Part shown: in pieces, positions 1 through 12,178 of the stretch
How positions within the stretch are numbered: position 1 is the stretch's first letter
Layout: every line of letters starts with the position of its first letter
NCBI GenBank assembly: GCA_030324005.1
Contig: JARDVH010000099.1
Location: 50,995,765 to 51,059,764 of the forward strand
DNA length: 64,000 nucleotides
Origin: Negaprion brevirostris
Lineage: Eukaryota
Reading direction: 5' to 3'
Translations under genes and position numbers: made by a program
Notes under the pieces: generated by a model
Database searches by the model: none
Seen by the model: only the letters and a program-made list of their open reading frames with translations
Told to the model about the DNA's origin: nothing

Positions 1-619
1 TACATGCCCCCCCCCCCCCCCCCCAGAGCTAGCTCAATGTTTCAACGAATCACCTATCTTATGACCACCTGCTCCCTAAAGTTTACCCTTTTTCACTCCT
101 GCTGCCTACTCCGCTTTGTTGCCTCCTTTTACAAGAAGAGACGCCTATTTTATGCCCTCTTCCAAATGATTTTCTTTTTGGCACACGGTTTACCTCATCC
201 TCTTCTCCCTTTCCCCTGTGCTCCCATCTTTTCCAAATTCCAGCTGGACAATTTTGCATGGACTGTTTCCATTATAATTGTAGACATGGGGATAAATATG
301 ACTGAAAATGTTGTCAGGAAGTGCAAGGATCAGTTTGTAATTTGCTGCCAACATATCAAAGCTAGATTGGCTCAGATCCTCTGGTCAGCGGCAGAGATGG
401 TACACCTCCTGCTGACTGTGCTATAATCTGCCCACTTACCATTTTATGTTGGAGTCNNNNNNNNNNCGGCTTTAGCAGGGATGCACTAATGAACAGAGTG
501 AGGAGCTCTGTTTACGTGTGTGATTCTGTGAAAACATACTCCAATCTTCGTCTTGAACTGAAACCATGCTCATTAATGCCTGTCTTCGGTTCATTAGCTT
601 ACACTGCTTTAAGTAGAGT

Positions 620-1140
620 TGTCACCCCTGAAACTGAGCAGCTCTCCCTCACCAAAGATGCTAACCCCATCCCTCCTCTACCCCCACCCCAAAACAATGC
701 TCAAACTCCTCTCTCAGCCCCTGGCAATGCTCAGTACACTCCCACATCCCACAATACTCATCCTTCTTCCTTCATCCTAAAATTGATCAAACTCCTCCTC
801 ACTCCAGCAATGCTCAATCCGTTCCCTCACCCTGAAAACTCCCACCCACTATCCCTCACAGTGTGCATCTCCCCCCTCATGGTCAACAGTACCCACCCTT
901 CCTCACCTCAGCACTCCCTGACAATGGTGACTCTTGATATCAGCTAGACAGGAGTTAGGGGTGCTGGAAGTTGAGTTGGGGAGGAGGGGGAGGCTGTGAA
1001 GAGGTGACACTGTCTGGAGGATTGATGAAGGAAGGGAGAGCTAAGAGCTGGTGAACACTTCCAGAATTGGATGGGAGAGAGAGTGCAATTTGAGTGGTGA
1101 ATATTGTTGAGGGTCAGACAGGGGTGAACATTGTTGTGGT
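620..1140. repeat. degenerate C-rich minisatellite followed by a G-rich inverted counterpart
   Basis: recurring caatgctca/ccctcaccc units (620-935), then ggtgaacattgttg/ggtgaatattgttg-type units (950-1140). Confidence 0.45.
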
Positions 1141-2164
1141 TGTTTTGTGTTGTGCTTTTGCAGTCCAGGTGATTTAGAGTTACTGTTCAGTAAGTTTTAC
1201 ACCTGCTCTGAAAAGCGCTAAGTAAATTTGTGTAAAAAAAAGAACAGAGCAAGTGTGAAGCAAACATTGCCAATCATTATGGTTCTGGTTATTTAGACCC
1301 TCTGACATTAGCCATTCACTAATCTTGGCATAGTAAACTGGCGATCAGAAGTTTAAGCTTGCTATGTAAGTACTGTGCACGTGCACTCTTCGGGATTTCT
1401 TCGGGCTCCAGAGACGCATCAGCTACTTAAATTNNNNNNNNNNNNNNNNNNNNNNNNNNNNNNNNNNNNNNNNNNNNNNNNNNNNNNNNNNNNNNNNNNN
1501 NNNNNNNNNNNAAGATGGCCTATTTAGGGTTTGGGATGAATAAGAATGAAAAGTTCTGAGGAGCATTTACGATTACAATATCGATTGAAATGAGAAAGAA
1601 AAGTAAGGATAGGAGTGAGAGGTTGAAGATAAGGGGCTTATTATGTGTCAGGCAAACAAATTTCTGTCTTTTGTCGAAGTGTTGAAGAGAGACTTGGAAA
1701 GGCTTTCTCAAATGCAAACACTTTTTATAATACTGACTGGTATGCAAGAATTGAATCCAACACAAACTAAAATCCATTTCAAACTACAGTTCAAATTGGA
1801 GACAAGTAATGATAACAAACAAGAACCTTGACTGTAGAACTCTATCAGTTTATAACCAGATGTAGAAGAGCTTGTGAAACCTATTAAAATGCTAAATTTA
1901 GTATACCCACATAGAAATACTTGTCTGTGGTTTAGGTGACTCTGCGTAGCACAATATACCAGGACAGTGAGTCAGGTGCTTGCAAAGTGGCACTAACTGT
2001 GACAATTCTTTAAAAAAGAAAGACACAGTAGTACAGCAGGTGTAAAAGAAAGCTGACTAAATTTGTAGGTGGTAGGTCAAAGTGCTGTCTTCTAGGTATT
2101 ATGTGAATGTCAACATCTTTCACCTTTTTAAGTGGTTAAAGACTGATGTGTTTAACTCTGCTAG

Positions 2165-2314
2165 CCATTCCCAGTAGAAAAGGAAGCATTGGAGGGCCCG
2201 GATCCTCACAGGAGAGTAAAGCCACACAGAGCACAGCAGAGGGTACTGTTCGATCAAATCCAGCTCCTTCCGTGTCAGCTGGAGTCATCTCAACTGAAGG
2301 GTCTGCCAGATTGG
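2165..2314 (+). CDS. KCTD3: KCTD3 coding exon (linker after BTB domain)
   Basis: ctag| acceptor and |gtaaga donor; encodes (A)IPSRKGSIGG...SARL(G), matching the KCTD3 GIPSRK...VRLG linker; phase 1-1, 150 nt. Confidence 0.85.
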
Positions 2315-3360
2315 GTAAGAAGAGACACATGTTCCTTTTCGTCTAAAGTACACATGCAAATATTTATCCCTTAATAAGCTAGCTGAATGATTACAGTTGC
2401 ACCAATCCACCATCTGCTTTTTGATCAAATGTTTCCTTTGAATTGGACCTTGAGCTTATTTGAACAGAAGCTACTTTCATTAAATTATAAAGAAGTATTG
2501 CAATGTATCTCTCATTGTCAACCATCTGTTTCTTTAACGATATCTAAAAGAACAGTAAAAGGCATACAGCATAATGTATACTTGCAGACATAAAATTTTC
2601 AGAATATGTAAAAAAAAACCAAATCTTAATTTCAAACCGTATGTATATTTTGCTTCAGTGAAACATAGGCTTTACCACAATTTCAATATGTCAAAACCTG
2701 CTTGCAATGAATAGGTGATAGAGAATCTGCTGACAGTAGGTATCCACGGGCATTAATGGACATAATTCTGCGTTATGCATTGCTGGTGCGTGACGTTTGC
2801 TGCTGCTAGTGTGTTCTCAGAAAATTGTTCCATAGTGCCAAATTATTGGTGTTTGTTCATGCAATATATGCTCAGTGTGGATGATTATTATAGCTGGAAT
2901 GTGATGGAGTCTTGATCAAATACGATCATGCTATTATGAGACTCGATTAACATGCACTCATGAGGCTCACCTCTACAGAGCTACCAGATTACAATGTGAC
3001 CAGTTGACCAACCAGTGACGCACAGGAGTGTCAAAGCCTTTTCATGTTTGGAGGATTTTCTTTTGTACTTAAGTCTTTGAAATTGCTTCTACCCATGAGA
3101 GAGACTGATTTTCATTCTCTGAGTGGGCTTAACATTCTATCAGCAACCATCTCCAGCCTTGTGAGCATTGTTTTTGTTTAGAACAAAATCAGGGGTTGTA
3201 TTTTAACACTGCTGAAGTGGCATCAGTGAGATATGTGAGAAGCAAGGTTTAGACTCTGAATCTTGTATGCTGTTCTTCAGGGTATATTACACAGTTCTGC
3301 TTCAGTAGGCAATTAACTCTGAATTGAAAATTAGAAATTGAGAACACAAGATGCTTCGAT

Positions 3361-3711
3361 TAGAGTCGTAGAACCTCTATAGTTCCAAAGAGGTTATTCA
3401 GCCCATCAAGTCTGCACCGACTCTCTGTCACAGGCCTTCCTCCCATCCCCGCGACCCTATCCCAGCAATCCCACACGTTTACCATGACTAATCCATTTAA
3501 CCCATACATTTTGGGATATTAATGGGCAATTTAGCATGGCCAATCCACCTAACCTGCTAATCATTGGACTGTGGGAGGAAGCCAGCGCATTTGGAGAAAA
3601 CCCACGCGGGCATGGGCAGAACGTGCAAACCCTACACATACATTCATCTGAGACTGGACTTGAACCCGGTTTCTTTGTGCCGTGAGGCAGCAATGTTAAT
3701 CACTGTGCTGC
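3361..3711 (-). mobile_element. HE1-like tRNA-derived V-SINE, CR1-type tail
   Basis: reverse complement of the tRNA-like head, the V-domain (ggattggccatgctaaattgccc) and the gatgggctgaa tail. Confidence 0.85.
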
Positions 3712-3951
3712 AGTTTGTGAAGGTTTGCTCTGTTCCACTGGTATCTATCCTATTGTTCCTTGTGGCTTAACAGTTGAAAATTATTGCTCTAGTCTTCTCT
3801 ATAAATTAACTCAAATTTTGTTCATTTTATTACAAGCAGGATCTGCCATATTGGGATTGTGATGTAGGTGAAGCCTAATGTATATACACAGTTTGAAGTT
3901 TAGCTTTTTTTTTAAGATTTGCAATTTTCTTATGTTTTAATTTTTTGGCAG

Positions 3952-4042
3952 GTGCAGCAGTGGATCCCCGGAAAGTTCTAATAGTAGCTGGCCATCACAA
4001 CTGGATTGTTGTGGCTTATGCACACTTCGTAGTTTGTTACAG
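3952..4042 (+). CDS. KCTD3: KCTD3 coding exon
   Basis: ggcag| ... |gtacca; [30 protein letters not shown](R); 91 nt. Confidence 0.96.
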
Positions 4043-4359
4043 GTACCAGAGAGTTATTGCAGTTAATGTCTCTTTCTCACGTTCTGTCATTTTGCTAAAT
4101 GATGGCAGAGTTTTACTGTTCACAGGACAACCTGATAAAGTGCCTTCTGGAGAGAAATTGCAATTAGAGGCTTCTGATTAGAATTCAATGTTCTGTGGAA
4201 TTTTTGTATTAAGTGCCACCAAAGACCTCAGGTTGAAGCCTTATATTGTACACTAACAGTAAAATATTGAGGCTTTCAGTGGTGTACAACACAGGCTTAT
4301 CAGGATGCTGCCTGATGTTTTGCTTTGTAGTTCCCTCAAAATGCTTGAAGATGTTCTAA

Positions 4360-4615
4360 AATTGGGGGCCATGCTTTTAGGACAGATGAAAATTTATTTC
4401 TAACTGTTGGCAACTTTGGAACTCTGCCTTAGAAGGTGGTGGAGGTAGGGGTCATTAAATGTTTTTAAGGCAAAGGTAGGTAGACTCTTGTTAGGTAAGG
4501 GAATCAAAGATTATTGGGTAAATGAGAATGTGGAATTTAAAACAAGCAGATCAGCCATGATCATCTTGAAGAGTGGAGAGGCCAAATAGCCTATTCCTGC
4601 TCCTGTATCTTACAT
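4360..4615 (+). mobile_element. CR1 LINE 3' fragment
   Basis: tcagccatgatc...ggccaaatagcctattcctgctcct terminus. Confidence 0.7.
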
Positions 4616-4703
4616 TGTGTTTAATATGCTGTAGGTGAAATGTAATTATCAATTGTTGTTGTATGAGGAAATATAGATGCAAGGAAAGACTTGAAAAATT
4701 TGT

Positions 4704-6760
4704 CATAGAGTCATATGGAACAACATATAAACAGGCCCTGCAGCCCAACTTGTTTATGCCACTTTTTTTTTAAACCCCCAACGTAGCCCCAATTGCCTGC
4801 ATTTGGCCCATATCTCTGTCTACGCATTTTACCCATGTAACAGTCTAAATGCTTTTTAAAAGACAAAATCGTACCTGCCTCTACCACTACCCCTCGCAGC
4901 TTGTTCCAGACATTTACCACCCTCTGTGTGGGAAAAAAAATTGCCCCTCTGGATAGTTTTATATCTCTCCCCCTCACCTTAAACCTATGCCCTCTAGTTT
5001 TAGACTCCCCTGCTTTTGGGAAAAGACATTGACTATCTAGCTGATCAATGCCCCTCATTATTTTATAGACTTCTATAAGACCATCCTTCAGCCTTCTACA
5101 CTCCAGAGAAAAAGGTCCCAGTCTAACAGCTTCTCCTTATAACTCAAACCATCAAGTCCCAGTAGCATCCTAGTAAATCTTTTCTGCACTCTTTCTGGTT
5201 TAATAATATCCTTNNNNNNNNNNNNNNNNNNNNNNNNNNNNNNNNNNNNNNNNNNNNNNNNNNNNNNNNNNNNNNNNNNNNNNNNNNNNNNNNNNNNNNN
5301 NNNNNNNNNNNNNNNNNNNNNNNNNNNNNNNNNNNNNNNNNNNNNNNNNNNNNNNNNNNNNNNNNNNNNNNNNNNNNNNNNNNNNNNNNNNNNNNNNNNN
5401 NNNNNNNNNNNNNNNNNNNNNNNNNNNNNNNNNNNNNNNNNNNNNNNNNNNNNNNNNNNNNNNNNNNNNNNNNNNNNNNNNNNNNNNNNNNNNNNNNNNN
5501 NNNNNNNNNNNNNNNNNNNNNNNNNNNNNNNNNNNNNNNNNNNNNNNNNNNNNNNNNNNNNNNNNNNNNNNNNNNNNNNNNNNNNNNNNNNNNNNNNNNN
5601 NNNNNNNNNNNNNNNNNNNNNNNNNNNNNNNNNNNNNNNNNNNNNNNNNNNNNNNNNNNNNNNNNNNNNNNNNNNNNNNNNNNNNNNNNNNNNNNNNNNN
5701 NNNNNNNNNNNNNNNNNNNNNNNNNNNNNNNNNNNNNNNNNNNNNNNNNNNNNNNNNNNNNNNNNNNNNNNNNNNNNNNNNNNNNNNNNNNNNNNNNNNN
5801 NNNNNNNNNNNNNNNNNNNNNNNNNNNNNNNNNNNNNNNNNNNNNNNNNNNNNNNNNNNNNNNNNNNNNNAAGACATGGGTAGATAGGTTTTTGGTAGGC
5901 AAGGGAATTAAGGGTTATGGGGAGAAAGCAGGAAAGTGGAACTGAGCTACTTCAGATCAGCCATGGTCTTATTAAATGGTGGGGCAGGCTCGAAGGGCTA
6001 GATGGCCTACTCCTGCTCCTATTTCTTATGTTCTTAACTATGCCTCCTTATTCTCATCCAAATCATTTAATATAAATGACAAATAACTGTGGACCCTGAG
6101 GCACACCACTGATCACAGGCCTCCAGTTTGAAAAATAACCCTCTACAACCATCCTCTGGCTTCTATCATCAAGCCAATTTTGTATCCATTTAGCTATCTC
6201 ACCCTGGATTCAGTGAGATTTAACCTTATGCAACAACTTACTACGTGGTACCTTGTCAATGGCCTTGTTAAAGTCCATTTAGACAACATCAACTGCACTG
6301 CCCTTATCTATCTTCTTGGTTACCCCTTTAAAAAAACTCAATCAAATTTGTGAGACACGATTTTCCACTCACAAAACCATGCTGATGTCCTTTAATTAGT
6401 CCTTACGTCTCTAAATGCCTGTAGATTCTGTCTCTCAAAATACCTTCCAACAACTTATCTGCCACAGATGTGAGGCTTACTGACCTATAGTTCCCAGGCT
6501 TTTCCCTGCATCTCTGAACAAGTGCACAACATTTCCCCCCCCTCCAATCTTCAGGCACCTCATTGTGACTATCAAATATCTCTGCTAGGGGATCCACAAT
6601 TTCCTCCCTCGCCTCCCACAATGTCCTGGGATACACTTCATCAGGTCCTGGGGATTTATCTACCTTACTGTGCTTTAAGACTTCGAGCACCACCACCTCT
6701 GTAATATATAGACTTATCAAGACGTCACTATTTATTTCCCCAAGTTCCCTAACATCCATG
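4704..6760 (-). mobile_element. CR1 LINE ORF2/3' end, interrupted by a gap and by a + strand CR1 3' end (5871-6035)
   Basis: peptides KSPGPDEVYPRTLWEAREEI, PGNYRSVSLTSV, LFPKAGESKTRGHRFKVRG, TQRVVNVWN. Confidence 0.9.
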
Positions 6761-7321
6761 CTTTTTTGGATACTTTAGATTCTTTACATTTAAAATATTG
6801 CAGGTTATAAAGTGGTATAATGGAAGTATTTAAAATTCTAGCAGACTGTAATGAGCAAACTGTTACCATTAGTTGACGAGAATGTACGTCTGTACATACA
6901 ATGTTAGAAGTAAAAGTTTTAAAACAGAGGCTGAGAAAATTCTTCACCCACATTTGAGTTAAAATTGACATCCAAGTTTAGTGGTTGGGACAGGATGTAT
7001 GCTAGCCTTCAAGATTAGTTTGAATACGTAGATAAACTAAAAGGGATTGAAGAGATAAAAGAACAAGATGGATAGATGAGTTTAAGAAAGATGTATTGAT
7101 TGATCTTTTTAAAGCTACTTGAAGTAGATATATCATCATTCAAAATGGGGGGGGGGCAACTTAACATCTCAGCAGAAGCTTTGCACCGATTATATGTTTT
7201 CCAGCAGTTTGTATTTTTCTTTCTTCATATTGTTGATGTTTAATGAGGAATTTGAGAGATTGCTAACTGTGCCATCTCAACATAAGAGTGAGCCCAGAGT
7301 TGTGATGATATCTGCTCAAGC

Positions 7322-7470
7322 AAAGAACAAAACAAAGAACAAAAACAGCCCGGGAAACAGGCCCTTCGGCCCAACAGGCCCGCGCTGCCATCTTAACACC
7401 ACCAGTCCCCTCCTCCACGCGTGACCCATGGAACTCAACCCCTCTGATTTTCTTGAATGTTCTCATTTAT
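7322..7470 (-). mobile_element. short CpG-retaining CR1 3' end
   Basis: ttgggccgaagggcctgtttccc plus a (ttgttct) tail; a similar copy lies at 41670-41735. Confidence 0.7.
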
Positions 7471-8139
7471 TATCATCACTTAATAATAGAGGCTTTGTCA
7501 CCAAACAGCAAAAAAAAAAGTGCAGCTTAGTCTACCATACAGGTCATTTTACACTGCCAGATATCATTACTGTTGTGCATTATTACTATTCAGTGGAAAA
7601 CAACTAATAGGAATGTCAGTTGACATCGCTATCAGCCTCTGCGTTGTCATTTTTGCTCTGGACTCGTGATAGCATTCTCCACTCATGGAGTTTGCTGTCT
7701 TTTTCAGCAGAAAGCTAATCCTTGTTTTTCTTAGTCTTTATAAGACTGTCCATTTGTGACTGGACAAATAGCTTCAGCAGAGATAAGATGTGGTTATCTC
7801 CAACTTGCAGTAGCACAACAGACTCAAATCTACATTTATTATCTTGTTTCCCTCTTGCACCTCTTCTAACTTTGGTTCCATTTCTGTGCATGCTCTATAT
7901 CTCCTCCAACCATGGCACCAATCCAGTCTCAGATTATGGCCAGTTATCTTGGCTGACAGATTAACATGCATGTAGAGTTTGCTAAGATTGTGAAAACTCT
8001 GGAAATAATATATATATTGAGAAATTTGTAGACAAAAAAGTAGAATTCATTTGGGTGATTATATTTTACGTGTTGCTGTTGTGCACATAAATGGAGTTTA
8101 TGTTTGTGAATGACAAAAATAACAACAGGAAACAGTCCA

Positions 8140-8325
8140 GATGTAAAGTATTGTGGATGCTGAAAATCTGAAATAGACGTAGAACACGCTGGAAATACTC
8201 AGCACATCAGGAAGCATCTGTGGAGGGAGAACCAGTATTAATATTTCAGAAAACCTGAAACATTAACTCTGTCTCTCCACAGATACTGTCTGATTGGAGT
8301 ACTTTTCAAGATTTTGTTTTTATTG
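8140..8325. mobile_element. palindromic (probably Penelope-derived) repeat
   Basis: arms aatactcagc..catctgtggagggaga / tctctccacagatact..gagtactt are inverted; related copies at 13330-13455 and 27450-27890. Confidence 0.6.
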
Positions 8326-10603
8326 CAGGGAACAATCTACACTCTGACAGACTGTCGCTCGGGAATCCTTGTGTTCAATTGTTGCCTTAGTCTTTGGGCA
8401 TTTAAAAGAGTTCCATTTGTGTTTTCATTCCTGCCAGTTTGAATTTAACATAATTTTTTCTCCCAGTATATAAAGGATTAAAACCTGCAATCTAAAGGAT
8501 TGGCAGTCAATACTCACATGTGGCCCATGCAGTTCTAGAATAAACAAAATTTCATTTTTGGCGATGAAAGGTTGCACAAATGAAATAAATCTCATACGGC
8601 ACCTGGGGAAAATCAAGCCAAGCATTAATAAAGGGATCAAAATAATAGTGTAGGTAAGCAGATGTGCTGTACATTATGCACTTTCCTACAGTGACTTTTA
8701 AATCTATTTATTCACTATCTTTTGACAGTTCACTGGCATCTCCTAACATACTACAAGTGATGAATTTAAGAAGTTTGCAGGCTATGCTGTTTATTTTTGA
8801 CTTTTTTTTTGAAGGTTAAAATATGAGAGTAGGAACACAAATTCTTTTTCACCAGAATGGCAAGTGGAGAATCGGGCAAATGTTTCTTGAGTTATTTTAT
8901 GCAGCTTGGCTGTCACTAAAGACTTTCACGACTATTGAACAAGAGCTCCAACCAAGGCTATAAATATTATGAAAAACAAAACGGTTATGCTGGAAATGCA
9001 CGGGCATTTCTCCTGAGTATCAAAATTGGTTTGCAACAGAAAAAAAATTCCTGACCCAGAATAATGTCCTCCTGAAAGCTATAGCAAATGATTTGCTGTA
9101 TTTTTTATTACAACTTGTTACTGTGGTGCAATATTTTTGATTTTTGTTACATTTTTGACAATACGTTTTCCCACATTGAAGCTTGAATCCATTTAAAGTA
9201 ATTTTTACTGTCAGCATTTTCTAGTGATGTCGTCGGGGGGCTGGAGAATGAGGGTTAAATGCAGTGGAATAAGTTGAAGTGGAATAGTCCGATGTTTGTC
9301 CAGCAACCAGGAAAAATTCATCAGCTTTTAATGGTTCCATTAAATTTTATAATGTAATGATTCACTGGTAGCTGTACCAATGAGAGAACTTTTAATCACC
9401 TAAATGAAAGCAGGTGGGTTTGCACCAGATGGGTTTTAAAGGCATAAAAGTCAAAATCCAGGCTGCAACAGGTTTCCAGCTTAAATGGAGGTGGGAAGGT
9501 AGATGGGCAGCCATCATTATCCAAGGAGGCAAGTTGGCACCTGAAATCTGATAATGAGATTATGAACCTCATTGTTTAACTTTTTGAATTTAATGGCTGC
9601 ACCCAGATGTGGGAAACCTGACTCAGGAGGTAATTGTGTTTCCATCTATCTTCTGGATGCATCGTGCCTGTGAGGACAAATCTATCAGGCTGGTGGTTGT
9701 TGTTGTTTAGGGCTAGGCAGGCAGGACACAGAACCTGAAAGGCTGATAGGTGCCAAAGACTGAGAAGATGTGCAATTGGTGAGTTTATGCTACCTACAAA
9801 TCCTTGCTGTTGGACCAATGTGCAGGGGCCATACATATGTTTTCTTTTGCAAGGAAAGTCTGAACAATCAACTACTTCAAATAGCTTTGTGGGAAAATGA
9901 GAATGACCAGTGTGAATGGTAGAAATTAAGTAGCGACATTGGGATGGAAATTTTTAACAATCCGAGGGGTTATGAGGAACTGGGCTTGCTGTGGAGCTTC
10001 CACTTTCAGCAAGATAAATGTAAAAATCTGAAGACGTAGAGACAGAACCCTGATGTCCTTTTAGAACCTGTTTAAACTCAAAATCTGGAAGAACTGCCCA
10101 AGGGAGAGTGGCCAGAATTTTACCAGTACACCCGCCCTGATTCCGAGGGCAGGCGAGGCTCAGAACGGCATTCTCCATTGGCCTCTGGTGGGATCGTACG
10201 AACTTAGGCAGACATGCTGATAAAATTCTGTTCACTGTGTTTGTGTGATAATCTGAAGTCAGTTAAAAGATTAACAAAATCTCTGTTTAAGTTGCATTGT
10301 TCACGAATGTATGAGCCAGAATAGCTAATAAATATTACTTTCTCTACAACATTCTAACTATTTATAGTATAGTTCATCTTAGATGAAACCAATGGCAGAG
10401 GTGATGAAAGCCACTGAGGTACACAGTGTTAATGCTAACTACTCAATAATGCCTGGTCAGATTTCAAACAGTAACCTTAGGGGACCAATTGGAGAATGTG
10501 GCACCTTATCAGAGATTAATGGCAGCTGACCAGTCTATTAAAACTTAACACTTGAATTTCTATAAACTGGCAAAGGCTATTAGGTCATATTCAATCCTCA
10601 GTG

Positions 10604-10895
10604 GTGGCACAGTGTCTCAGTGGGTAGCACTGCTACCTCACAGCTCCAGGGACCTGCATTTGATTCCTGGCTTAGGTCATGTGCAAAGTCTGCATGTTCT
10701 CCCCATGTCTACGTAGGTTTCCTCTGGGTGTTCTGGGTTTCCTCCCACAGACTGAAAAACATGCTAATTAGGTGCATTGGCCATGCTTAATTCTCCCTAG
10801 GTGTACCCAAACAGGGGTTAGGTGTGTGGAGACTAGGATTTTCACCGTAATTTTATTGCAGTATTAACGTGAGCCTACTTACAACACTAATAACA
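10604..10895 (+). mobile_element. V-SINE, alternative tail type
   Basis: ggcacagtg..agcactgctacctcacagc head, V-domain, tail ttcattgcagtgttaatgtaagcctacttgtgac-like. Confidence 0.85.
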
Positions 10896-11288
10896 TATAT
10901 AAAAAATGAACTCATCTAAGGCAACTTATTCTTGATCATTTTTTTCTTTAAAGTGCTACTCTATTTTCTGATTAGCTCAAGCCTTCCTAGTTTTTAATTT
11001 ATATGCTCTGGTATGTGAATATGCACTTTATCAACTTGTATCAGCTTTAATTCTCTTGGTCATCTTTAAAACTTAAGCTAGAATGTCATCTTGAAATCTG
11101 TTCCAAAGAAAATGAGAACAATGTCCTTAGGTTTTCATAATTTACTTCTGCATCCTTTTCAAAGATAGTCTTCGTCAATTACCAAGGTAATCTGCTACAA
11201 ATTGTTAGATGCTGTTCTGGTTTCTAAAGCATTATATGCATTATGTTGAGAATTTCTTAATCAGTAAGATGTCTTTGTTCATCTCTAG

Positions 11289-11479
11289 AATTAAAGAGTC
11301 CTCTGGATGGCAGCAGGTTTTCACGAGTCCTTACTTGGACTGGACAATAGAGCGAGTAGCAGTTAATGCTAAAGTTGTTGGGGGACCTTTTGGTGATAAG
11401 GACAAGATGGTGGCTGTGGCATCTGAGAGTAGTATCATCCTGTGGAGCATTCAGGATGGAGGCAGTGGTAATGAAATAG
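11289..11479 (+). CDS. KCTD3: KCTD3 coding exon (WD40 region)
   Basis: ctag| ... |gtatgt; [32 protein letters not shown]...GNEI(G); 191 nt. Confidence 0.97.
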
Positions 11480-11986
11480 GTATGTATTTCCTGTTTATGG
11501 AATAAAACAGTTCTATCTCACCTAATGTGGGGGTGAGACTGTTTAAACATATTCAGAACTCTGAGTTGAGTAAATGGGACAAAGTCTGTGGTCTTTGAAA
11601 GTTACTGTGGGGCTGGTCTGTACATTAGAGGTAAATAGTCCCATGGCCCAATTTTATCGTTAACTAGTTCTGCATAAAAGACAGAAGAAAGTTCAGTATG
11701 AATAACTGGAACTGTCTCTGAATCAGACTGGTGATACTACCTGTGTCCCTACTCCACCCCCACCGCACTCAAACCGTATTCATATTTTTATTCCTTCAAG
11801 GATTTTTTCCAGCCTTGCATAAATTTCAATTCAGAATTGTGTGTTGGATTTTGTTTTGTGAAAAGTCTGCACTGTCATCTGCCTCTGCCCTCGGGACTGA
11901 AGAGCTAGAAACAGATGTTGACTGTTGATCCCCTTGAGGTTATTCTGCTATTCAGTTAGATTATGGCTGAGGTGCTTGGCAAATAT

Positions 11987-12178
11987 GGCCGGAATTTTCC
12001 GGCTGTTCATGCTAGTGGGTTCTCCTGGCCCTCCCAACAGCACCAGGGTTTCCCAGAGCTATGGGGTGGAGTCAGTGGGAAATCCCATTGACAGCAGTGG
12101 GAGCAAAAGATCCTGCCAACGGCACGCAGCCTCCTGCCACAAGAAAGATGCTGTGAGGAGGCCAGAGAATCCCAACCT
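11987..12178. mobile_element. MITE (PIF/Harbinger-like TIRs)
   Basis: ggccggaattttccggc ... gccagagaatcccaacc; internal sequence shared in reverse with 50999-51171. Confidence 0.6.

Noticed and set aside
1-426. 140-aa ORF and YMPPPP at the window start, reminiscent of KCTD3 GYLPPP
   Set aside because: It comes from a poly-C run with no splice donor after it, and the rest has no protein-like similarity.
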